Of a stretch of DNA of 64,000 nucleotides, positions 33,133 to 43,969 are shown piece by piece. Below the pieces are notes generated by a model that saw only the letters and a program-made list of their open reading frames with translations, had not been told where the DNA came from and did no database searches. Position 1 is the first letter of the stretch; every line of letters starts with the position of its first letter. A program made the position numbers and the translations under genes. The DNA lies in IMG/VR virus record IMGVR_UViG_3300000553_000004, positions 150,734 through 214,733 of that record; one strand, given 5' to 3'.

Positions 33133-33345
33133 ATGAATAGTTTAACAAATAAGACCGAGAAGTCAAGCGGTGGGAAAACGTGTGAGTTTTATTGGCAAAG
33201 TTTGGATACGTCCAAACACAATCCAATGGTTCACTCACATGAATAGTTTAACAAATAAGACCGAGAAGTCAAGCGGTGGGAAAACGTGTGAGTTTTATTG
33301 GCAAAGTTTGGATACGTCCAAACACAATCCAATGGTTCACTCACA
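33128..33345. repeat. exact tandem duplication, 106-bp unit (promoter + hairpin RNA)
   Basis: ctcaca at 33128, 33234, 33340; identical units. Confidence 0.92.
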
Positions 33346-34404
33346 ACCCGTAAGAGTTAGCCAGTCTGAATCCGTTAACAGAGGTCGAGCTGAGGAAGTG
33401 GTTATCTAGAAACCTTAAACTGTCATTTCGTTAAACATAATACGGAAACCGAACTGCTTTTGTGTCCCTTACATTGTCTTTCCTTTACACCATCAATCTA
33501 TCATACTATCCAAAAGAGTCAAGCGTGGTCTGACACCGCTTGACAATAGTTAAAACAATGATAGTATTCAATTATGAACGGAAAGATTAAATTCGACGAA
33601 CTGAGTGACTTGGCAGAGTTTCTCAAACACTTCACCGGTAGCTCGGCTATCTTTGAAGTCCGCCAAGACATGACGACGAAACGGTGGATACTTGAATTTA
33701 CCGGAGGCTTTTAATTATGAAAATTACAACAGTTGTCGAGAATAATCCGGCGAACGTATGAAAACCGGCCGCAAAGTCGCCGTCATTACATATATCCAAG
33801 TCATGATGTTCAAGGCTTGACATTAGTTAAACATTTGGTAAACTTTTTATATGAAGAAATTCTGTATGGTTGCCATTTCCAACCTGTCATTCACAAGGGG
33901 AAAGCGGTGGGCTGAAAAGTATGTGGAGTTGCGAATGGAATTTCATCGTAAACACGGCCACGGGTTGATTCTGTCAACGTGGCATGGCGTCGAATTTTTC
34001 GACAACGTGTTAAAGGCCCTCAATGGCGATATGTGTAAGGAACCCAAAGGGGAATACCGAAATAATTTCCTCAAACTGATTGAGATTGGTTCGAGGGAGG
34101 CTTGACATTAGTTAAACATTTGATACAATTTCTATATGACAAAAACCACCTTAGTCTTTATTGGGACGAACATCAGCCCGAAAGTCGGCGACATTCTGAC
34201 TGACTTCCGAGGCGATACCGAAATTTTCTGCTCGTCGAATCCGCCCTACGAGCCCGAGGACAGTCTCAACCGCGGCGCCAAGGTATACACCCGCAAGGCC
34301 GGAAAGACAAGTCAAAATCACAGTTATCCTTCCGTGTATGGGTTGGAATTTGTCCTGACGCCCGAGGCTTGACAATCCAAGACAAATGTGGTATGATTCA
34401 GCCA

Positions 34405-34845
34405 ATGAAAAAAGAATTGTCTGCAATGATTTTCCCGGTTGAGAACTATACCGATAAAATCCATTTTGGTGTTAAAAGTCAAATGGAAAAATATTCCCAC
34501 TTGTCTTTTACCATCGGACAGCTCAAGCCATATCTTCAAAGTGGTTACCCTTGGTTGAAAGATTTAAGTGAACGTCAAGACATTCTTCTCAAACAAATTA
34601 TAAAAACGGGGCTTGCCAAATTGGTTCAATTGGGTATGGTTAAGAAAGTCACAAGTAAGGTTCAAGTGGAACCACAATGGCAATGGGCTTCAAAGGTCGC
34701 CGAGAGTGGCTACACGAATATCACCAACGAGAACGAAGTCGCACAGACTGACGAAGCCCGCAAGGCCGCCAGTCGTCGGGCAATTGGTGGACGTTCCCTT
34801 CACAGACTCAACGGTAAAGCTAAGCTCGGACAGCTACACGCTTGA
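34405..34845 (+). CDS. hypothetical, possibly winged-helix
   Basis: Start after promoter at 34366; GLAKLVQLGMVKKV. Confidence 0.6.
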   Translation: MKKELSAMIFPVENYTDKIHFGVKSQMEKYSHLSFTIGQLKPYLQSGYPWLKDLSERQDILLKQIIKTGLAKLVQLGMVKKVTSKVQVEPQWQWASKVAESGYTNITNENEVAQTDEARKAASRRAIGGRSLHRLNGKAKLGQLHA

Positions 34846-34875
34846 CAATAGTTAAATATTTGGTAGTATTTCTAT

Positions 34876-35223
34876 ATGAAATTACTCACCAAACAAATCG
34901 AAAAAGCTCTGGCCAATCCCACCCTCAACGGCCAAAACGCTCAATATCCCATCTGTAAGTTTTTCAATCCGTGTGGAGCTGCAACGTGGCTCATCTTCGC
35001 CCGTGAAACTGGCGACTCGGCAGACATCCTTTGGGGTGTGGCTGACCTCGGGTTCGGTTGCGTCGAATATGGGACAATCAGCTTGTCAGAGCTCCAAAAT
35101 CTCCGTCTCCCTTTCGGTCTGACCATTGAACGTGATTTACATTGGGCGCCCAAGACTCACGCCAACGGTGACAAGTGGAACCTCGCCGACTATCTGAAAC
35201 TCAACTCTCTGTCGTCAATCTGA
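34876..35223 (+). CDS. DUF2958-like protein
   Basis: KFFNPCGAATWL…DLGFGCVEYGTISLSEL…GLTIERDLHW. Confidence 0.8.
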   Translation: MKLLTKQIEKALANPTLNGQNAQYPICKFFNPCGAATWLIFARETGDSADILWGVADLGFGCVEYGTISLSELQNLRLPFGLTIERDLHWAPKTHANGDKWNLADYLKLNSLSSI

Positions 35224-35757
35224 CACCGCTTGACAATTCTCAAACATTTGATAAAATACTTTTATGATTAATTTCATTATCCCAAAAACCTCCATGTGTG
35301 TCGTCATTTCCTATCGGGACGGCAACAAAACCGAAACTCTCATTCCTACTCCGTGTAACAACGCGGATTTGCGGAATACAATGTTGATGAAACATCGAGT
35401 GGGCTTCTCCGAGATTCGGGGAATCAAGTCCGTCGAGGCCGGCGAGATGTTTCGCGGCCGGTGACACGCTTGACAATTACCGAATGTTTGGTAACTTGTT
35501 TAGGTAAGAAGAATTTAAAAATCATGGTTGTTGGTTGGTTCGGGGCTTTTCTTTTTTCTCCCCGATGGTCCCTATATTTTGGGAAACCAACCAACAATCG
35601 AATCTGGTGGCTGTTTGGGACTATCCGTGATATAATCGTGGGTCGCACGGGACCTCGTTACCAAAACTCTAATAGCTACCGTTACACGGAGTCAAGCCTC
35701 ATTCCGAGTATATGGAGTGGGGCTTGACTCCTGCAAATCTTTTGTTAAACTATTCAT

Positions 35758-35815
35758 GTGAGGCGAATCAAGCCGGAAGGGAGTTACGCGACCCGTAATT
35801 CCTTTATCGATAAAG
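35758..35815 (+). ncRNA. small RNA family A copy 3
   Basis: Promoter 35722-35757; GTGAGGCGAATCAAGCCGGAAGGGAGTTACGC. Confidence 0.6.
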
Positions 35816-36506
35816 ATGGGACGCTTGACAATAGTTAAATGTTTGGTATATTGTATTTACATATGACACCTGAACAGACCAAACTAATCTCCGACTTGGC
35901 CGCCGACTTGAAACCAATGGTTAAAGATATTGAGGCCGGCATACCTACCACCCAAAACAATTACGGCCGTTATGGGTCGCTCATCAGTCAATTGTCAAAG
36001 GGTGACAAACGAGTCGGCGCCATCATCGCTCTGGCGCTGATTGAAGCCGGTGCGAATCGTGTTGGTGTTCAAAACGCACTGAAACTCTTTGTGTAAGGCT
36101 TGACATTTCTTTAACATTTGATACACTTTCTATATGAAAAAACTATTCAAACAAAAACCGCGCAACCAAGTTGGGTATCGTTACAGTAACAATTACATTG
36201 GAACTGTCACTGTCACGCCGGAAAATCTGAAACGACTCTCGGAGTTTCGTCAAGCCGTCCGTGAAATCGGTCGCTCGACTTCGATTCGTGGCCGGTCAGC
36301 CAATCGTCGGGCTCTTGCCGAACGCCATGGTTTGATATATAACATGGTCTTGTCAGACGTTCCCGCCAAGTTCGCAACGTCGCTCGATGTTTACTGGCGT
36401 TAATAATTTGTCAAGCGTTGTGTCGCAGTAAACGTCACCATTATTCAGTGTGATGATTGAAAGATGCAACGCTTGACAATAGTTAAAACAATGGTATTCT
36501 TTGGTT

Positions 36507-36941
36507 ATGAATAACACAATCGACCTCGACAAACAATTTTTCTTCGGTGGTAACGCCACCTTCACCGTTGAATCCGAAAAATCGGGCGAACATAAGACCT
36601 ACAAAATCCGCCGGACGAAGCCCACCCCGCGTTTCCCGAACCCGTCGCTCATGTTGTCACTCCTCAGTGGCCCGTGTAATGAAACGAATTACAGTTATAT
36701 CGGTATCGTTAACGAAGAAACCGGCTCGCTCCGTCTGACCAAGGCGAGTAAACGGAATGAACAGAGTCCCGACGTTTTAACCTTCAATTGGTTAATGAAA
36801 CATCTCTTTACCGATAAAGTTCTAATGAATGCAAAGGTACACCACGAAGGGAAGTGTGGAGTCTGCGCAAGAAAATTGACAGTTCCCGAATCAATTTTGA
36901 GAGGCATAGGTCCCGAATGTTGGAGCCGGATTGCCGGTTGA
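36507..36941 (+). CDS. DUF6011-like Zn-finger protein
   Basis: CGVCARKLTVPESILRGIGPEC. Confidence 0.8.
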   Translation: MNNTIDLDKQFFFGGNATFTVESEKSGEHKTYKIRRTKPTPRFPNPSLMLSLLSGPCNETNYSYIGIVNEETGSLRLTKASKRNEQSPDVLTFNWLMKHLFTDKVLMNAKVHHEGKCGVCARKLTVPESILRGIGPECWSRIAG

Positions 36942-37014
36942 GGCTTGACAAGTCCCCGTGTATAACAGCGGGGATTTTGTCCTGCGGTAAACTTTCGGGC
37001 TAAAAATCAATGCA

Positions 37015-37069
37015 GGTGTAGTATCGACGTTCCGCTTGTTCAGCTCTCTTTTGACTCCGTATGTCTCAC
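37015..37069 (-). ncRNA. small RNA family B copy
   Basis: Promoter 37070-37105; GTGAG…AAGCGGAACGTCGATACTAC. Confidence 0.5.
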
Positions 37070-38736
37070 ATGGATACTATAACAAACTATCCCGCCGAGT
37101 CAAGCGTCGTAGAGTGAGGCTTGACATTCCTTTAACATTTGATACACTTTTTATATGATTAAAGGAATTACAATTTTAAGCCGCGATGGAAAACATAAAG
37201 GTCACTATACAGGCGGCGTCCGGCCCTGTCAAATGGAAGGTTGTCGTGGGAGTCGAATGGCTATCAGATGGGACGATGGAAAACTAACATATCCTTGTAG
37301 CACTTTGACTAAAGCCATTTCGTCGACCACGCATAAAATAATGTGACGCTTGACATTCCTTTAACATTTGATAATCTATCTATATGATTTTAACAGCTAA
37401 CGAGGAAACTCGGTTTAATTTATTGGAGGAAAAGTTTTCCAAGGGACAATGCACCGAGCCTGAAATTATCGAACTGCAAGAACTGCTCGACCGTTATTAC
37501 AACAATTGTCACGCTTGACATTAGTCAAACATTTGATACACTTTCTTTATGACAATTTCACAACTCGCCAAATTGAATAAGAAACACGGCGGCCATTTTT
37601 TCGACCATGACAACATGAAGGTTGCCGGTGATACACAGAAAAGTTATCGGATTGAATCCGACGAACTGAATAAGACCGTGATTCTCACTCGCAAACGGGA
37701 TAACCATCAATGGGAATTTTCCGCCAAGACCGGCCGCGTTACTCACGCTTGACATTTCACCAAACAACCCTATAATCATTTTACATATGCCACCTATCAA
37801 AAAGATGACTTTTAATGAGTGTATGGACGGTTATATCGCCGCCCTCGACACTATCACACAACAACAGATTGACGCCCTCGCCTATATCTTCGGCGCAAGT
37901 GGGTGTGGTTGGACGAAGGAAAAGGCTATCGCCGAATTGGGATTCGAGAAACACGACGCAGGTGATGAACTCGACGACAACGCTTGACATTCCTTTAACA
38001 ATTGATACACTTTCTATATGACAAAATCATACACACACGAACAAGTCACTTATGGGGCCAAGGGCCGCCGGTGGGAATTTACCGCCCCCAATTATCAATT
38101 TGCGACGCCGACGATGCCGGGAGGGGTCATTACGGCCCACAAGGTTGCCCGAGTCATCAACGGCTCGCATAAACGGTGTGACGGGATGGACAATCTGGCG
38201 CGGGGGAAGATGTCCACCATTTTCCACAAGGCCGCAACGGCGGCCAGCCGGAGGATTCGGTAAAAACAAACAAGGGGCGAACGGTGGGCGCAGTTCCACT
38301 TCGCAAGATGAAAACATTAAACGTTCGCCCCTCTTTCTTCACCGCTTGACAATTTTTAAATGGTTGGTAATATTCAGATATGAAAACAACCAAGGAAATC
38401 AAAAACTTTTTAAAGGAAATGGGCCTCACTGTCAGAGGTAACACGGGTACCGGAAAGTCTAAATGGCAATCTTTCCATGTTCCGTCTGACATCATTCCCA
38501 TTAGCCAGCTTCAAGTAATGAAATTCAGTCTGCCGGAGTTTCCGGTGGAGTTTCGCAAACTCTGTATCCGAACGGTTTATCCTGATTCTGAAACTCTTTA
38601 CTCGCAGGACACGGCCGGAAATGTCGGAAAGTATAGCATCGCCATGTTGCCCCACCAATGGGAACACGTCATGGCGGTCTGGCCGCTGAAGTTCATCGCT
38701 TGACATTTCTCAAAACAACTGTAAACTGTCTTTGTC

Positions 38737-39105
38737 ATGAAAAACAAAATTATCGCCTTCGCCGCCTTGGTTCAAGCCGAAACCGAGGCACGCATGAAAG
38801 CCGGAGGCAGTCACGAATCCACCATCGACGTCCACGCAAAGACGACGGTGAAAGAAGGCAAGAAATATGCCAAGGTTGACATCGGCCAGAGCGGCCGTTA
38901 CATGGTCGAGATGAGCACGGGCAACATCTTCGGCATCAAGGCTTACGGTCAAATCCACAAGGGGCATTTTTACGGGACTGTGGACACGATTAACGATTAT
39001 TACTGGGGCGAATACTACCCGATTCACAAGACCAACCCCGTCGGATGTTGCAAGTGGTCGGTGCCCAAACTCACTTTCGCTCCCCAGCCTGTTGCTGGGG
39101 CGTGA
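38737..39105 (+). CDS. hypothetical phage protein
   Basis: Start after promoter at 38698; GKKYAKVD…GNIFGIKAYG. Confidence 0.7.
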   Translation: MKNKIIAFAALVQAETEARMKAGGSHESTIDVHAKTTVKEGKKYAKVDIGQSGRYMVEMSTGNIFGIKAYGQIHKGHFYGTVDTINDYYWGEYYPIHKTNPVGCCKWSVPKLTFAPQPVAGA

Positions 39106-39185
39106 GGTTCGGTCAATCGGCATCAAGCCTCCCCGAGAAATTGGGCGAGGCTTGACTGCTGCGGTGAATATGTTAAACTTTCCTT

Positions 39186-39249
39186 GTGAGAGACGATGTG
39201 GCTGAAATACGCCGGAGAGTAGGGTAACGGCGGCTGCGTTCGTTTTTTT
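39186..39249 (+). ncRNA. small RNA family C copy 3
   Basis: Promoter 39150-39185; GTGAGAGACGATGTGGC…GCCGGAGAGTAGGGTAACGGCG; T-run after. Confidence 0.55.
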
Positions 39250-39337
39250 GAGTGTATAGGAATGAGACACGCTTGACAATTCATTTAAGTATTGTATTCT
39301 GTATTTGTAAACGGTAAACATCAAAACAAATAACAAT

Positions 39338-39796
39338 ATGAACGCTAACGAAATTATCTCACAAGTCGAGTCTCGCAGAGGCCGTCACGTCAAGGTTACA
39401 TGGCAACGTGTGGCCAAAGTCCTAAAGGGTGCTTCCTCACTCTTAATTGTCAAGCGCACTTCCGCTTGGGTTCGTTCAGGAATTGATTACGCAAATCTCA
39501 ACGTAGTTAAAGAAGGCATCGCAAATGGTGAACGTGGCGAAGTCCAACCTTTGCCTTGGGGTGAATGGATTCAATTCCCCTTTATCATCGGCCACAAGGG
39601 GACTGAATATGTTCGCCTTTATCCGGCGACGTTTGACAACCTTAAACCGGAAGTTGAATGGTCAATTAACGGAAGACCGGCAAGCTATGAAAGTTGTGAG
39701 CAGTATCTTCTTTCGTCTGAAAAACGGAAGGATGAAGATGACCGCCCGCTTTGTTTTACTGTCAAGGCCGAATCGGTCATTGACATTGCAGATTAG
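39338..39796 (+). CDS. hypothetical phage protein
   Basis: 152-aa ORF, A/C-rich leader. Confidence 0.75.
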   Translation: MNANEIISQVESRRGRHVKVTWQRVAKVLKGASSLLIVKRTSAWVRSGIDYANLNVVKEGIANGERGEVQPLPWGEWIQFPFIIGHKGTEYVRLYPATFDNLKPEVEWSINGRPASYESCEQYLLSSEKRKDEDDRPLCFTVKAESVIDIAD

Positions 39797-39802
39797 TTCG
39801 GT

Positions 39803-40501
39803 TCATATTGTAACCAGCCCCGATGAAAGACTCTGGGTCTGGTTTTTTTTCTTTTTATGGGCAAGACTCATTTTAAGTCTTGTTTCTGCTGAACGTTTCT
39901 TTCCCCAATGTGGACTATTAGGACCTGTGTTTACATTTCTTAAATGTTCTTTTTCATTTTCTGTTAGTTTTCTATGTGGTGAAGAATTAGACATTTTTAA
40001 TTTGACTTCATCGGAATATTTTTTGCCTATTTTGGCAATAGACATTTTCTCTCTTGCATAATCACTAAAAAATTGTTCGGTTGATTCAAATTTTAGATTG
40101 TAACATTTGTCTTGTTCATTTCTGGCAATGTCAAGATATTTTTGTTCTACTAATATTCTTTTATTAGGTTCGGTAATTTCTACTATTAGAAATTCAAAAT
40201 TATCCTTACCATATTTATTCCACGCACGCTGTAAGTAATCATTATAGTGTTTATTTTCAATTAAACAATTCTTATGTTCTCTCCATCGTCGTTGAATACT
40301 ATTAGCACTTCCAACATAATACTTGCCATTAGTCTTGTTTACTATCTTGTAAATTCCCGATACGTTTCTTTTCGTGGTAGTCGGCAAGTTTTTCTTTTCT
40401 AATTCTGTCTTTGTGTCGTTCGTAAAATCGTTTGGCACGTTCATTGTTTCGTTTTCTTTGTTCGTCAAGTGTAAGTTTGTCGTTTCGTTTTGGCATATCA
40501 T
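39803..40501 (-). CDS. GIY-YIG homing endonuclease
   Basis: SGIYKIVNKTNGKYYVGS; NUMOD3-like repeats. Confidence 0.88.
   Translation of the reverse strand: MICQNETTNLHLTNKENETMNVPNDFTNDTKTELEKKNLPTTTKRNVSGIYKIVNKTNGKYYVGSANSIQRRWREHKNCLIENKHYNDYLQRAWNKYGKDNFEFLIVEITEPNKRILVEQKYLDIARNEQDKCYNLKFESTEQFFSDYAREKMSIAKIGKKYSDEVKLKMSNSSPHRKLTENEKEHLRNVNTGPNSPHWGKKRSAETRLKMSLAHKKKKNQTQSLSSGLVTI
40329..40496 (-). CDS. small basic endonuclease-associated protein (overlapping)
   Basis: MPKRNDKLTLDEQRKRNNERAKRFYERHKDRIRKEKLADYHEKKRIGNLQDSKQD. Confidence 0.65.
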   Translation of the reverse strand: MPKRNDKLTLDEQRKRNNERAKRFYERHKDRIRKEKLADYHEKKRIGNLQDSKQD

Positions 40502-40559
40502 AAGTTATCCTTTCATTTAATAAGTATAATATGAAATTTGATAACGATAGAAAATTTAC

Positions 40560-40626
40560 AATTATCGTTAAAGGAATCAACGCACTCGTAGTATCGACCT
40601 CCCGCTTTTACGCTTCGTTATCTCAC
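40560..40626 (-). ncRNA. small RNA family B copy
   Basis: Promoter 40627-40662; GTGAGATAACGAAGCGTAAAAGCGGGAGGTCGATACTACGAG, near-identical to 16564 copy. Confidence 0.55.
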
Positions 40627-41335
40627 ACCAATAGTTTAACAAATAACCCAGATAAGTCAAGCGTCGGAGAGTGAGGCTTGACAATTTCTATTAGTAATAT
40701 AAACTACCTATATGAAAAAGTTCACGCACGTCGGTCATGTGGTTGGAACGGGAGACTTATATCCCAGCTACAACACCAAGCTCCGCGAAACTAAAACTCT
40801 GTGGGTGACGCCCAAGGGCATCAAGTTCCGCAAGTCTGATGGGTTCAAGCCGAATGATGAATGGCCGAAAACTCACTTGGACTTGGCCACGGTTATGTCG
40901 CAGGTCACCATCTGATATTGATTGAGGCTTGACGTTTCTTTAACATTTGATACACTTTCTATATGAAAAAAACAACTGACCAACTTATCGCCGAATACAA
41001 ATCCGAATTCATCCGCACCAACGGAAAAGAAATTTTCTGCTGCTGTTACACCAACGGCTGGTTCCGTGTCGGTAACTCGGATAAAGTTCGCCGTGTCAAA
41101 TTCGAGGAAATGATTGCCACTTTACAGAGTCGCCCGACCGTCAGCGACCGCACCGAAATGGTGAATGGTGTTCCGACCGTCATCAAGGCTAGCCAACACG
41201 TCGTCCGGTCCTATCTGGCGCCGCACTCCGATATTGTCGAAGAGCGTGACACTCCGCACTGCTGCTCCCCTTCTAACGAAACGTATTGGTCCATGTGAGG
41301 CTTGACAATACTCAAACAATCTATATCATTTAAAC

Positions 41336-41794
41336 ATGAGAACAAAATACTTCAAAAATATACGGGCATTTGACGCCATCAAACGGCTCGCTAACGATAG
41401 TCTCACCGCCCCATACGAGCAGACCGATTCGTGGAAGCCGTCCGCATACTCAATCTCGGAAGTATACAACCGCAACGACTTCCAACAAATCACTCGCCAA
41501 GAGGCGCGGAAGTTACGCCCGACGGCCTTCCGCACTCCGTTTTCTAAGGCTTGATTTCTTAAACAATTGTGGTAATCTAACCATATGAGAACAAAATATT
41601 TTACGAAACAATCGTCCTTCATCCGTGTGTGGCGAATCAGGAACAATTTCGTCGCATACTTTTCACGCGGACGGGGTTATGTGTGGTGTCGGTCGGCGTG
41701 TGATAACCTCGAAGACTGTATCGCCGGCAGCCTGACTCCCGTCACCCGCGACCAAGCTCGCAAGATGGAACCCAAGGCTTTCCGCAAGGCTTGA
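41336..41794 (+). other. two paralogous ~70-aa ORFs (41336-41554, 41585-41794; third member 43302-43520)
   Basis: MRTKYF…(I/V)TRxxARKxxPxAFR; each with own promoter. Confidence 0.7.
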
Positions 41795-43969
41795 CATTCC
41801 TTTAACATTTGATACACTTTCTATATGAAAAAGAAACTATCCAAAGCTCTTCAGGCCGCAATCAAACGTTATCTTGACAATCGTGACAATCGTGACAGTC
41901 AATCGGCAACGTTCGTCTGGGACAAGCCGGCTGACCAAAAAGCAATCTCTGAAATTGCTTTCACTGAAAAGTCAATGGTTCGTGTCGAACAATCATCTGG
42001 TCGTTGGTGGTTCACCGTGAAACGTGGCGCCCAACGTTGGACGTTCTACGCCCATGAAGACAATTACACGCAGACACTCACCGGCACGCAGGCAACGTCC
42101 TGTAGCCCGCTGACAACACTGTTCGGCAGGGCTTGATTTAGTTAAAACTTTCGGTAAACTGGCTTTATGAGAATGTTATCATCTACGCCGCCCCCGGAAG
42201 AGGAAACTCAAGCAGACCGTGACCGGCTGACTCGTCAAGGCCCGCCACTAGGCAAGCATCGTATCAATCTCGGGCCGCTCGGTTATGTGACCAAAGGCCA
42301 CTGGGGACGCAAGCCTGATTGGGCATTCGCAAATTGTGTCTTGGTGCTGGAGTTGGTGCTGGGTTCGGCTATGTGGGTTCGGTATCCTCGCCATGATATC
42401 GTCGCTTGACTTGTGGTAAACTTTCTATAAATTAAGTGTATGAGTTGCCCTTGTCCATGTTGTAAGACAGATTCCGACAATTTCGGTAAGCCACCGGTAA
42501 ACTGTCCAAAATGTAATAAACCAATGTGGAAGTGTTCCACAAGTTATGGCGCCGTTTGGGCGTTGCCGCCTATGTTAAAACATTTACGGGCTGGTAGTCT
42601 TCATGCTATTGTTTATGAATGTTACGAATGTAATGTGATTATACCAACAAATGTGAATCGTCACGATTATCATAAACGTCGTGACCCTGCTGATGGTGAA
42701 CTAAAACGTATGCTCACGGTAACATTATACCATGAGCCTGATTTTCAGACTTTTACCAAGTTTGGGCCATTTGCTAAGTCCGCTTGACTTTCTACAAACT
42801 TTCTATAAATTAAGTGTATGACGAAGACCGCACAAGAAGCTGAAGCACTCTCCAAGAAGCTACGGGTTGCTTTCGAGAAAGTCCAGAACAAGGAACACTG
42901 GAAGAATCCGATTGATGCCGTCATTCACAAGTCTGAAATGGATATCACCGGCGATGCCATTCAATTCTTCACCGGAACACAAGCCTTTTTCAGCTCCAAC
43001 AAACTGACTTTGGCCGAATGTGAGGCCGGCATGGTTCGTGTCACCGCTGCCGGTTACTACGCCGGCCCATGTAATTGATTTATGTTAATCACCAAACAAT
43101 TTGACGAAATCATCGTCGAACGAACACACTGCCCAAGTTGTCGGGCGCCAAGAGGCCATAACTGTTGCTCGGCCTTCGGTAACTTTGTCTCTCCACACAA
43201 AGACCGTGTGAAGGATTTTCAAAAGAGGTTCGATGTCAAGTTCACGGTGCTACCAAAGCTGAAGGCTTGATTTGTCAAAACAATCGTGGTAATCTAACAA
43301 CATGAAACGAGCCAAATATTACAAGATAGCCGGACTGTTCGCAGTGTTGCTTTGTCCTGCTGGTGGTGACAAGGGCTTCACTGTCCATGCTAACGGATTG
43401 CTTGGCGAACATTACAATCTGTCAACCGACTTCCCGAATGGTGGTATCAGCCGGATTAGTCGTGACGAAGCCGAACGGATTGCCCCTCGCTCAGCTCTCC
43501 GTCAATACAAGATAACATGACACTCGCCGACTTACAACATTTCAAATATGCTGGTGGTTATTTCAGAGACGCCAGAGTGCCAAAGGGCAAGACAGCTCCC
43601 GTGCTTCATGGTAGTGAAATCATTGAGGTTATACAGAAGCACCTGAATCCTCCAGTCGAACGACCTGGCAATGACCAGGCTTGTGTGGATGCTCAATGCC
43701 CTTGATACGCTTGACTTGAGCAAAGTTCTTGGTATCTTATCTATATGAAATTGATTCTCACCAAACACGCCGACCATGTTGAGGTTGAAGTGATGGACGG
43801 TAGCCTTCGCCTTCATTGCTACACTTTCAACAACATGAAACTTGCCGAGGCCTTTTGCACCGGCTTCCACTGTGCCAAGACTGTAATCAACGGCATGGTT
43901 CAATCTCTGCCACTCGGTTACGAGAAGCGGAAGGCTTGACCGGTGGGATTGGTGTGATATGATGTGGGT

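Noticed and set aside
33128-33345. CRISPR array
   Set aside because: Two identical 106-bp units with no unique spacers; no cas genes in the window
38710-39336. 208-aa minus-strand ORF and other long antisense ORFs (22106-22627, 29834-30259, 39525-40061, 59884-60294)
   Set aside because: Shadows of promoter-supported or motif-bearing genes on the opposite strand
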